Assembly: GCA_043228905.1 (NCBI GenBank)
Contig: JBHGNT010000008.1
Span: 1,054,001 to 1,118,000 of the forward strand
Direction of reading: 5' to 3'
Origin: Azolla caroliniana
Lineage: Eukaryota > Plantae > Polypodiophyta
Length of the DNA: 64,000 bases
Positions 21,784-33,520 of the stretch are shown in pieces. Position 1 is the stretch's first letter; every line of letters starts with the position of its first letter. The notes under the pieces were generated by a model that saw only the letters and a list, made by a program, of their open reading frames with translations, was not told where the DNA came from and made no database searches. A program made the position numbers and the translations under genes.

Positions 21784-22941
21784 ATGGCTACTGTTAGCGC
21801 CCAAGAATATCAATCCGTTTTCTCCGAGTTACAGTGCCTAAAAGAAAAGTTTGTTGCCCTAGAACAAGAAAACCAACGGCTGATAGGGGATCTGCAACAA
21901 ATCGCTCTAGAAAAGCAACAAACGCAGCAACAACATGGGGAGTTAGCGTTACGGGTGCAACAATTCGAAGCGGCATTGCAACAACAAGGATCAAGTCCCC
22001 AAGGATTTCATATAGAGCCGAAGATTGGACTTCCTGTGAAATTTGATGGAACACGATCGCAATTCAGGGGATTCCTTAATCAGGTACGATTAGGCCTCCA
22101 AATGCATCCTTCCCGATACCCCACTGATGCATCCCGAGTCGGCTTAATAGGCACGTTGCTTAGCGGCTCAGCCTTAGCATGGTTCGCTCCGCTTTTAGAA
22201 AAACAATCGCCCTTGCTTAATAACTTTGAAGATTTTATTAGTGAGTTCAAAGCCTGCTTTGGAGACACCGACAACATCAGGATGGCGATCAACAAGATCC
22301 GGCGATTGCGTCAAGGCAATCATCCAGCCTCTGCCTATGCGGCGGATTTCCGCCTACTCGCTTCCGACATACCCTGGGATGATCAAGCACTAATGGAGCA
22401 GTTTCGCTATGGCCTGCAAAATGATGTCAAAGATCTACTTCTAACCTTCCCCGAAGAACCAAAGTCTCTTACGGAGGCAATCAGTCGAGCGGTCCGATGT
22501 GACAACCGCCTCTTCGAATGGCGTTCGGAACGTCAATTACAGATACCACGCGCTAGGCCGGAGCCCACTTACACCGCAGTCGCGGCTAGACCATTTGCAC
22601 GAGACATACCTCAAGCAAATACTTTGACACCGATGGAGATCGATACCTTGCGTCGACGCGGCCCGTTATCGGAAGAAGAAAAGCAACGCCGACGTGCAAA
22701 TCGATTATGTCTTTATTGCGGTGGACCAGGGCATATCGCAATCAATTGTCCCCATAGGCCAAGAAGACAGGTAAATCAAATTGTAGCATGTACTAAACCC
22801 GAGTCAATTCTTCCCTTAGGAGTGTCTGATAGTATTAATAGTACTAATAGAGTGTTTGATAGTATTCATAGTACTAATAGCCCAAGTATCTCAAATAAAT
22901 TGGAAATCCTTAGTCAATTAGATGAAGAGTTAAACGATTGA
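21784..22941 (+). CDS. gag: Gag (coiled-coil N-terminus, retrotransposon capsid, CCHC knuckle)
   Basis: Intact 385-aa ORF; KFDGTRSQFRGFL, LRQG..SAYAADF, PMEID, CLYCGGPGHIAINC. Confidence 0.93.
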   Translation: MATVSAQEYQSVFSELQCLKEKFVALEQENQRLIGDLQQIALEKQQTQQQHGELALRVQQFEAALQQQGSSPQGFHIEPKIGLPVKFDGTRSQFRGFLNQVRLGLQMHPSRYPTDASRVGLIGTLLSGSALAWFAPLLEKQSPLLNNFEDFISEFKACFGDTDNIRMAINKIRRLRQGNHPASAYAADFRLLASDIPWDDQALMEQFRYGLQNDVKDLLLTFPEEPKSLTEAISRAVRCDNRLFEWRSERQLQIPRARPEPTYTAVAARPFARDIPQANTLTPMEIDTLRRRGPLSEEEKQRRRANRLCLYCGGPGHIAINCPHRPRRQVNQIVACTKPESILPLGVSDSINSTNRVFDSIHSTNSPSISNKLEILSQLDEELND

Positions 22942-25900
22942 GTCCAACCAAAATAGGAGCCATTTGGTTGGACAACAGCCCTAGATCTGTACAGCCCATT
23001 AGTGGTTCCATTCCTTCCAAGCAAGTTAGCAATGTGTTCCTAGCCCAAGTCATTGTTAGTACTAAAAGTACTTCCCCAGTACCCGTCCTAGCACTTTTAG
23101 ATTCCGGAGCTAATTCCTGTTTCATGGATCGAAATTTTTCCCAAGCTTCTCAGATATCCTTAAGAAAACTTCCTTGTCCCGCATCTGTAGTAGTCATTGA
23201 TGGTCGTCCCATTGCTTCCGGGAATATTGTAGAAGAATCAGAACCCATTCAAGTTGTCCTAGGTAGTTTTGTGTGTGTAATATCATTTAATATAATTAGT
23301 AGTCCAGAGCATCCCATTGTCCTAGGATTACCTTGGTTTGAATTACATAATCCAGCCATAGATTGGAGAACAAGAGAAGTCCGATATCAACCACCCCAAG
23401 AATCAACTCACCAAGTTTCGACCATTTCACTCCATCAACTACGCGAAGAAGGACCCAAGGAGGCAATGTTCCTATTTGCAATATTAGTACATCCTTCCAG
23501 CACTATTAAGAAGGAATCCTCAGTACAACTTCCAGCAAAATATCATCCTTATGCCGATGTATTTGACAAGGTAAAAGCCGGTACCTTCCTCATCACCGCC
23601 CCTATGACTGTCCCATCGATTTACAACCAGGAACCGAGCCACCATGGGGACCAATTTACAACTTGTCACCCACCGAGTTAGAAGTCCTTCGAGCCTACAT
23701 AGAGGAGAACTTGGCAAGTGGGTTCATCCGCCATTCGAAATCTCCGGCCAGTGCACCCATCTTCTTTGTCAAGAAGAAAGATGGCTCACTTCGTCTTGTC
23801 ATTGATTACCGCGGATTGAATAAAGTCACCATCCGGAATAGGTATGCACTTCCTCTTATATCAAGTCTTTTAGAGCGAGTTAATGGTGCCAAGTTTTTTA
23901 CTAAAATCGACCTACGAGGAGCGTATAATCTCGTGCGGATCCGACCGGGAGATGAGCGGAAGACCGCCTTTCGCACGCGATATGGGCATTTCAAGTATAC
24001 TGTTATGCCGTTTGGCCTAACCAATGCACCCGCAGTCTTCCAACACATGGCAAATGATATATTCAGAGACCTCTTGGATATCTGTTTGATCATTTATCTA
24101 GATGATCTATTGATTTATTCAAAGACCCAGGAAGAGCACGATTCTCATGTACTATTAGTACTAAAGCGACTCCACGAGAATGGTCTTTATGCCAAGCTAG
24201 AAAAATGTAGCTTTGATTGCAAGCAAGTGGAATTTCTAGGCTATGTCATCTCCTCAAAGGGCATCGCCATGGATCCAGCTAAAATCCAAATTGTACTAGA
24301 GTGGCAAATTCCACGGTCGGTACGAGATGTACAATGTTTTCTAGGTTTTGCTAACTTCTACCATAAGTTTATACAGGATTACTCGAAGATTATTTTACCT
24401 CTCATACAACTTACGAAGAAGGGCCAAGCATTTCTTTGGTCAATAGAAGCAAATATGGCTTTTCGGCATCTTAAGAAAGCCTTTACATCAGCACCGATTC
24501 TAGCTCATGTCGATACAAGCAAACCATTCATCATGGAGGCCGACGCATCAGATTTCGCCCTCGGTAGCATCCTTTCTCAACAAGGCGATAAAGAAGAGTT
24601 GCATCCGGTGGCTTTCCATTCGCGCAAATTCGATGTCGCAGAAATCAAGTACGAAATACATGACAAGGAGTTATTAGCCATCGTGGATTCATTTGTACAA
24701 TGGCGGCATTTCTTAGAGGGCTCTCCACATCAAGTCATTGTCTTTAGCGATCATAAAAATCTTGCTTATTTTCAAAACGCTCGCGTACTAAATCGACGAC
24801 AAGCTCGGTGGGCGCAATTCCTCACGCATTTCGACTTCAAAATCACATATCGACCGGGGAAGCAACAAGGAAAAGCAGATGCACTATCACGGCGTTCATA
24901 TCTTGCACCTCGTCCTGGTGACACAACATTTGATAATCAAAAGCAAGTAATCTTGGGACCAACACGATTGCACACGACGCGGATTTTTCACACCCCGATG
25001 GATTCACGGATTACCGATGACATACTTGCAACCTTGAAGACGGATAGTTTTGCTCAAGACATCCTGGCGCACATTGATATCTCTCGGGCATCCTGTTCTC
25101 AGTCTCAACAACCAGGTATTGACTACCGACAATTCGAATATCATGATGGTTTGTTATTCTTTAAAAAGCGTGTATATGTCCCCGATTGCTCCTGTCGCCT
25201 TCAAATCGTCCAACATTGTCACGACACCCATACAGCGGGACATTTCGGTAGTACTAAGACATTGGAGCTAGTGCAGCGATCTTTTTGGTGGCCCCACATG
25301 CGCCGTTTTGTCGACGACTACGTTCGGACCTGTGATGCTTGCTGCCGAGCAAAGATGCCACGACACCATCCATATGGCTTGTTGGAACCTTTACCGATTC
25401 CAAGTAAGCCATGGCAGTCTATTTGTCTTGATTTTATCACAGATCTGCCGGTCTCGAAGGGGTTCGATGCTATCCTGACCGTCGTCGATCGATATACGAA
25501 GATGGCACATTTTGTGCCATGTACTAAAGCCATCACTAGCGAGGAAACCGCCGCTCTTGTTATGCGTGAGGTATTTCGGCATCATGGCCTCCTAGACAGT
25601 ATTATCAGTGACCGAGGTCCGCAATTTGTCTCCAAATTTTGGCAACATCTCTTCAAGATGCTCAAGGTCTCCTGCAACCTCTCCTCTGGCTACCATCCTC
25701 AGACCGACGGGCAGGCGGAACGAACAAACCAAACGCTGGAGCAATATCTCCGGTGTTTCCTGAGTTATCAACAGGACGATTGGGCCGAGATTCTCCACTT
25801 TGCGCAGTTTGCGTATAATAATGCTATTCACTCCTCGACTCGGGTCTCCCCATTTTTCGCTTATACCGGTTTCCATCCTAGCTAGTCGGTGATCGACACT

Positions 25901-26487
25901 CCGGAGCTACCTACCAACCCTCGTGCCGAGGATCATTTGGAGAGGCTACACAAGATCCAGATGGATCTCTCTACTCACCTTCGTTATGCTCAACACACAC
26001 AGAAGACTTATGCGGATCTTCATCGGATTCCCTCCTCTTTTGCCATTGGAGATCGAGTATGGCTCTTACGTCGTCACATCAAGACTACTCGACCGTGCGA
26101 CAAGTTGGATTATCGACGACTCGGTCCTTTCCGTATTACGGGGAAGATTAATGATGTCACCTTCCGCCTTGATCTCCCTCCGCAGCTTCAGATACATCCG
26201 GTTTTCCATTGTTCTCTTCTTGAACCTTATAAAGCAAACACCATTCCCGATCGTGTGACACCACCGCCGCCCCGGAGTATGAAGTTGCTGCCATCCTCGA
26301 TTCCAAACTTGTTCGCAACAAACTTTATTACTTGGTCGATTGGCTCAGTTATAGTCCGAGCGAACGTACTTGGGAACCCGTCGAGCATGTTGCCAATGCA
26401 CAAGATCTTCTTGCTGATTTCCACCGAAAGTATCCAGACAAACCCGGTCCGCAATTAGCACCGACTCGTTCCACTCGTCATCTTTAA
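22929..26487 (+). pseudogene. pol: Pol: protease-RT-RNase H-integrase-chromodomain (frameshifts ~23587 and ~26272, stop at 25883)
   Basis: LLDSGA, YLDDLL, EADASD, SDRGPQF, HPQTDGQ, GPF; chromodomain EYEVAAILDSK...YLVDWLSYSPSERTWEP at ~26275-26430. Confidence 0.93.
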
Positions 26488-27310
26488 GGGGGAGATAGTG
26501 TCATGATATGGCAAGACTCGAACCCATGACCTTATGCTACATGGGTCGAGCTCTTACCATTAGACTATGAATTGTAACTTGTAGGATATTATTTTCATTT
26601 ATGCTTTGTCATAGAAAATTGATGTATATTCCAGATCTCTCTGGAACATTGTAGAAGCTTCAGGATTATTCCTAAAAACACTATAAAAGGAGGCACAAGG
26701 CATTGTTTTGAACCAAATTGGTTCAACACCAGTCTTAAGCCTCTTAGCCAATTTGTACTTATCTTTCATATAATATAAGAGCTGTTGTCATCATCCTATC
26801 TCTCTCTCTCCTCTTCTCACTTCCTCTCTCTCGGGAATCTTACGTAGTACCGTCCTCTTAGTACTAATAGTACTACTCTTCTTAGTACTAATTCCATCTC
26901 TGCTTTAGTACTATTCCTGACAATGACCAAGGATGATTGGGAAGAGCTTGATCTCTTCGCAATGTCTACCATAAGATTGCACCTAGTTGACAATGTGTAT
27001 TTCACGGTCTTGGACTGTGACTCAGTTGAAATGCTATGGACTAAACTATGCAATACATACGAAAAAAAGTTTATCTAATGAGAAAACTTTATGATCTTCG
27101 AATGAAGGACAATGACAGTGTCGCCTCTCATTTGAATGATTTTGATGCATTATGGTCACAATTATTGGCTCAGAAAATGATTTTGGATCATGAGCTGAAA
27201 TGTGTATTTTTGTTATGCACTTTGCCTAGCTCATGGGACACTTTTTGCACTGCTATTAGTGCTAGTGCAGCAAATGGGAAATTAGTCTATAATGACATAT
27301 GTGGAGCACT

Positions 27311-27616
27311 TGCATCACATAATGGAGATGCATATAATGTTTCTGATGTTGGTCCTCGCAAGAACCAACACCGTGGTAGGAGCCAAACAAGAAATAGTAG
27401 TGGAAATGATAGAGGTAGAAGAAAATGTAAGAAGAAAAATATGGAGTGTCATTATTGTCATTATGTGATTGCATCACATAATGGAGATGCATATAATGTT
27501 TCTGATGTTGGTCCTCGCAAGAACCAACACCGTGGTAGGAGCCAAACAAGAAATAGTAGTGGAAATGATAGAGGTAGAAGAAAATGTAAGAAGAAAAATA
27601 TGGAGTGTCATTATTG
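27311..27616. repeat. Direct duplication, period 159 bp, in Copia C gag
   Basis: ASHNGDAYNVSDVGPRK...MECHY occurs twice. Confidence 0.95.
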
Positions 27617-29716
27617 GTTGAGCTGGAAAAGGACATAAAGCTTAAGGCTTTACGTTCGGACAATGGAGGTGAGTATACCTCTCGCGAATTTGATGATGTC
27701 TATAAGTCTAGAGGCATTCGAAGAGAGTTTACAGCTCCTTACACCCCTGTCCAAAATGGTGGTCCCTCTTCCTCGGTCGAAATAGAGGAAATAAATGCAA
27801 CATGTGATGAGACGGACATCTTGGTCTTAGATGATGTTAGCACACATGTTGGGGTGAACATGGTCTTTTCCCCATCACATACGTGGTTGTTGGACTCTGG
27901 TGCATCATTTCATGTGACTCCACATAGAGAGTGGTTCACATGTTATGAAACCAAGTCACTTGGGAAAGTTCAACTTGGAGACTCACATCAATGTGATGTG
28001 ATTGGCATTGGAGATATCTCAATCCATTTTAGTGATGGTTCTCATCTCACCATTAAAGATGTATGCCATGTTCCTCAACTAACTTGTAGTTTGATTTTCC
28101 GTTCGTCAGCTTGATGACAACAGATATAAAGTGATATTTGCTTCTCAATCCTTTCGTATAACAAAAGGAAATATGATTGTTGCAAAAGGGAACAAAGTTG
28201 GTTCCCTCTACCCTCTATTTGTTCATAAAAAAGAACACTTGTTGCTTGTCACAGACTAGCCAATGACGAGCATTTGGGCTACATGTCAAGAAATGGCATG
28301 GAAATCCTATCTCATTATGGCCACTTACCTAAGTTGTCATTCTTTGATTTTGCGTTATGTGAGCATTGTCAACATGGTAAGCAAACTAGAAGTGCACATA
28401 AGACCAGTGTTAACTCATCCACTAAACCATTGGATCTTGTCCATACGGATGTTTGTGGACCTATGCCCACAAGATCTTTGGGTGGTGCACTATATTTTGT
28501 TACTTTCATTGATGATGCCACTAGGAAAGTTTGAGGTTATCCAATTAAGGGAAAGGATGATGTATACCCCACTTTCAAAAAATGGCTTAGTTTGGTTGAG
28601 CTGGAAAAGGACATAAAGCTTAAGGCTTTACGTTCGAACAATGGAGGTGAGTATACCTCTCGCGAATTTGATGATGTCTATAAGTCTAGAGGCATTCGAA
28701 GAGAGTTTACAGCTCCTTACACCCCTGTCCAAAATGGTGGTCCCTCTTCCTCGGTCGAAATAGAGGAAATAAATGCAACATGTGATGAGACGGACATCTT
28801 GGTCTTAGATGATGTTAGCACACATGTTGGGGTGAACATGGTCTTTTCCCCATCACATACATGGTTGTTGGACTCTGGTGCATCATTTCATGTGACTCCA
28901 CATAGAGAGTGGTTCACATGTTATGAAACCAAGTCACTTGGGAAAGTTCAACTTGGAGACTCACATCAATGTGATGTGATTGGCATTGGAGATATCTCAA
29001 TCCATTTTAGTGATGGTTCTCATCTCACCATTAAAGATGTATGCCATGTTCCTCAACTAACTTGTAGTTTGATTTTCCGTTCGTCAGCTTGATGACAACA
29101 GATATAAAGTGATATTTGCTTCTCAATCCTTTCGTATAACAAAAGGAAATATGATTGTTGCAAAAGGGAACAAAGTTGGTTCCCTCTACCCTCTATTTGT
29201 TCATAAAAAAGAACACTTGTTGCTTGTCACAGACTAGCCAATGACGAGCATTTGGGCTACATGTCAAGAAATGGCATGGAAATCCTATCTCATTATGGCC
29301 ACTTACCTAAGTTGTCATTCTTTGATTTTGCGTTATGTGAGCATTGTCAACATGGTAAGCAAACTAGAAGTGCACATAAGACCAGTGTTAACTCATCCAC
29401 TAAACCATTGGATCTTGTCCATACGGATGTTTGTGGACCTATGCCCACAAGATCTTTGGGTGGTGCACTATATTTTGTTACTTTCATTGATGATGCCACT
29501 AGGAAAGTTTGAGGTTATCCAATTAAGGGAAAGGATGATGTATACCCCACTTTCAAAAAATGGCTTAGTTTGGTTGAGCTGGAAAAGGACATAAAGCTTA
29601 AGGCTTTACGTTCGGACAATGGAGGTGAGTATACCTCTCGCGAATTTGATGATGTCTATAAGTCTAGAGGCATTCGAAGAGAGTTTACAGCTCCTTACAC
29701 CCCTGTCCAAAATGGT
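27614..29716. repeat. ~2.15 copies of a 978-bp unit (protease to mid-integrase), near identical
   Basis: Identical ORFs at 28274/29252 and 28263/29241; [13 protein letters not shown]...PVQNG appears three times (27614, 28592, 29570). Confidence 0.97.
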
Positions 29717-30926
29717 GTGGCTGAGAGGATGAATAGAACCATCCAAGACAAAGTTGTGTCTATGCTACACCATGCAAACCTCTCGCAAGGTTTTTGGGCA
29801 GAAGTTGTTTTAACAACAGTCCATGTGATTAATCTATCACCGAACACAACCATAGGTCTAAAAGTGGCACAAGAGTTGTGGATAGGCAAGACACCTCATT
29901 ATGCTCATCTTAGAGTCTTTGGATGCAAAGCATATGTACACATTCCAAAAAATTTAAGAAAGAAATTAGACTAATAAATGCCAAAAATGTATATTCCTTG
30001 GTTACGGAATTGATGGGCAGTTTGGATATCGCTTATGGGATCCTGACATGCGTACTGTGGTAAGAAGTAGTGATGTTTTTTATGAGAACAAAATGCATAA
30101 ATAGTTCGTAAAGGAGGTAGAAGTGAGAAAGGTTGCATTTAAAGATATTATGCCTTTTGTTGATGTAAAATAGAAAATTCTTACTTATGTAGATGCTTCT
30201 ACATGTGGGCAGTCACAAAAAACTGTTATTGGTCAGGATGAAGATGCCCAAAATGATGATGCTTAGCACAATGATGTGCAAAATGATGTTTTTCAGCAAG
30301 AATATGCTCAGAATGATGTTTCTCATGCACAACCTGATGGCATTCAAGTTCAGGAATCATTGAGGAGATCTACGCGTGTCTCCAAAGCATCTAGTAAGTT
30401 TGCTGAATATGTAATGCTAACAGATGCCAATGAGCCTTCATGTTACAATGAAGCCATATCTGTTCATGACCATGCTAAATGGGAACAAGACATGCAAAAT
30501 GAGTTGGACAGTATCCATAAGAATGGAAATTGGGATTTAGTGCCTTTGCCAACAGATAGGAAAGCATTGCCATGCAAGTGGGTATATAAGTACAAGTATA
30601 CATCTGATAGTGTTTCCCCAAAGTACAAAGCATGCTTGGTAGCCAAAGGTTTCAAGCAAGAACATGGAATTGATTTTGATGAAACCTTCTCTCCTGTAGT
30701 TAAGATGACTACATTACGTATGTTACTTTCATTGACTACAAATCAAAATTTGGAATTAGTCCAAATGGATGTGAAGACTGCCTTCTTACATGGGGACCTT
30801 GATGAGGATATTTATATGGAACAACCAGAAGGTCATCAAGTATCGGGAAAAGAACATTTGGTATGTAAACTCAAGAAGAGTTTGTTTGGGCTTAAGCAGT
30901 CCCCTAGGTTATGGTACCAAAAAATT

Positions 30927-31582
30927 TGTTAGGATCTCGGTCCCTCTGGATGGGATGATGAAGGCCCGGTGAGAATCGGATGATGAGTACCTGGTAAGGA
31001 AGACCTGATGAGAACCGGATGATGAAGGCCTAGTGAGAATCAGATGATACAGACCCGGTGAGAACCGGATGATGAGTACCTGGTAAGGAAGACCCGGTGA
31101 GAATTGGATGACGCAAACCCGGTGAGAACCTCTCACCGGATGAAGGGACATAGATGTAAATATGTTTCTGTTAACCCATTGTGGCGATATTTGTAAATAG
31201 CCTGAAAGTCATATTCGTATAAATATGACCTAGGGCAAACACGATTGTGTGGTTGGTCATTTTTGGTGTAACTGTTGTACAGAGCGTAGCAGAGGGAAAG
31301 AGAGAGAGACAGAGTGAGTCTCTACTGTAACCGCTGCCAGGCGAAGATTGTGAACACGAGGTCGTTGCCTCTATGTTCCCCTGTTGTATTCTCCTTACAT
31401 GGTGATAATTTGGAGTCTGTGCGCTCCCGTGGTTTTTCCCGTTTAGGGTTTCCACGTTAACATCCTATGCATTCTCTTCTGTTTGTGTACTTACCTGCAT
31501 TTCTCATTTCTTTTGTGTTTGATTATCATTAAGTGATCTAAGTCTCGGTTGTGGCCCAAGATTATTCTGCATATTTTCTACA
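30927..31582 (+). mobile_element. Solo Copia LTR in the RT of element C
   Basis: TGTTAGG...TCTACA; AAATT-type target duplication; host WYQK|FDAFM resumes; CCGG-rich U3 repeats. Confidence 0.88.
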
Positions 31583-33520
31583 AATTCGATGCTTTTATGA
31601 AGACTCAAGGATATATTAGAAGCAATGAGGATGCATGTCTTTATACAAAAAACTGTTCAAATAGGAGTTTTATCACATTGATATTATATGTTGATGACAT
31701 GCTTATTGTTGGTAAAAACAAGGATGAGTTATCCTCGTTAAAGAAAAACTTGGGCCAAAATTTTGACATGAAGGATTTGCGAGATGCAAAACATATTCTT
31801 GGTATGTGTATCACTCGTGATAAGAGTAAACGATCCTTTTACTTTTCTCAGGTTGAGTACATATCGAAATTGCTCAAGAGGTTTAATATGGAGAATGCAA
31901 AGCCGTTGAGCACCCCTTTTCCTACATATGTAAAACTAAGCACATGTGATTGCCCCACATCTAAGGAGGACAAGAAATTTATGTCCAAGGTTCCTTATCA
32001 ATCCACAGTTGGGAGTCTTATGTACGCTATGATAGCGACCAGGCCAAACATTGCTTTCGCAGTGGGAGCTGTGAGCAGATTTATGTCAAATTCTGGTAAT
32101 AAAACATTGGGAGGTAGTTAAACTGATATTAAGATATTTGTGTGGCACTAAGAATAGGTGTCTATGTTTAGATGGTGGAAATGTATCCATCATTGGATAT
32201 ACAGACTCTGATTATACTGGCTATTCTGACAGCAGAAAATCCACTTTAGGATACATTTTTTAGTTTATGGGAGGTGTGATATCTTGGAGATCTCGTCTCC
32301 AAAAATGTACTGCTCTATCCACTACAGAAGCAGAGGATGTTGCAACTACCGAAGCATGTAAGGAAGTCGTATGGTTGTCCAGATTAGCTTGTGACATGGG
32401 CATATCTAAACTTGTACCCATACTATTTTGTGATAGTCAGAGTGCCATTAAATTGGCTAAAAACCCAGTATACCATGCAAAGACCAGGCACATTGGAGTG
32501 AAATATCACTTCATTCGAGAATGCATAACTGCTGGCTACATCAGTCTTGAGAATGTTGTCTCTCAAGAAAATGTCGCAGATGCATTGACCAAAGCTCTAC
32601 CGCATGAAGCACTAGAGCATTGTTGCCACTTGCTGGGAATTACTTAGCTCATGAGGTTACACATTGTTTATGTATATTGTGTAACATACTCATCAAGTAA
32701 GATGTGTAGGTCTTGTTCAATCTTCCGATCAGCTATGTTGATCCCTTTTTGGCCTTTAGTGGGAGATTGATAGTGAGAAAAGGCCAAAAACGTAATTTCT
32801 TACTATTAGTGCATAGGTATAAAAGTAAATAGAAACGAGGGTTTCGGTGTGCCTCCAAAAAGTTGTGTTTATATTTTTCTCTTTTCCGATGCTGTCTTTT
32901 GTGTGTGTTGTTCGACATTTCTTTGCAGGTAACAAGAAAACAGCAGCTCGTCCGCCTCCATTGCTTTCGCTCCAACATATTTAAGTTTCCTCGGAGGCTT
33001 GGGCGACATCAGAGCCATGGATTTGGGATTGTACAAAAACTGCTATGGATGCCACCATATCAAGAGACAGGGGTACATTGCAGTCGAAGAGAAGATGGTG
33101 AGGAGGCATGACGAGGTCAAATGCGTTCCTCGAAATCAAAGTGCAACTCGATCGGGAGAGAAGAAGAATGACAGATCATGTCACGGACACACCAACCCTA
33201 GACTACGACGGAGCACGAATGACAAAGCTACGACCAATAAGGTTACGAACATGAAACTCGACGTGATGAGGCTAGAAACTTGGGAAGTTGGGCATGACGA
33301 GATGAGGAACTTAAGACGCTATGAAGAATACAAGAGCATAAAGAGTCACAGTATAAATACTTGTAACCTCCTTGGTCCCTTTCAAGGGATTCAACACTGT
33401 CACGGACACACCAACCCTAGACTATAACGGAGCACGAATGATGAAGCTACGACCGATAACATTACGTGATGAGGCTAGAAACTTGGGAAGTTGGGCACGA
33501 CGAGATGAGGAACTTGAGAC

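Larger units (their letters stand above)
21302..26922 (+). mobile_element. Young Tcn1-like chromovirus (Ty3/Gypsy); LTRs 21302-21706 (first 19 bp missing) and 26499-26922
   Basis: TSD ATGAC (21297-21301/26923-26927) inside Copia C gag; PPT AAGGGGGAGATAG; LTRs differ at only about five transitions by eye. Confidence 0.95.
20379..32977 (+). mobile_element. Full-length Ty1/Copia (element C, Tork-like) with short LTRs 20379-20598 and 32768-32977; hosts a chromovirus, a solo LTR and internal duplications
   Basis: PBS TGGTATCAGAGCC 20600-20612 (tRNA-iMet); PPT AGTGGGAGAT; gag [39 protein letters not shown], RNase H ADALTK; flanks GATCT/TATTT match poorly. Confidence 0.92.

Noticed and set aside
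23580-23595. Frameshift between PR and RT in the chromovirus as a programmed event
   Set aside because: It falls within the conserved TLP.HRPYD motif with no slip site or structure; likely a 1-bp deletion
26512-26567. Functional tRNA genes at the A/B-box sites
   Set aside because: No complete cloverleaf or acceptor stem; reported only as tRNA-like modules
31003-31020. CTGATGAG as a hammerhead ribozyme core (retrozyme)
   Set aside because: A variant of the local CCGGTGAGAACCGG repeat, with no matching GAAA or stems
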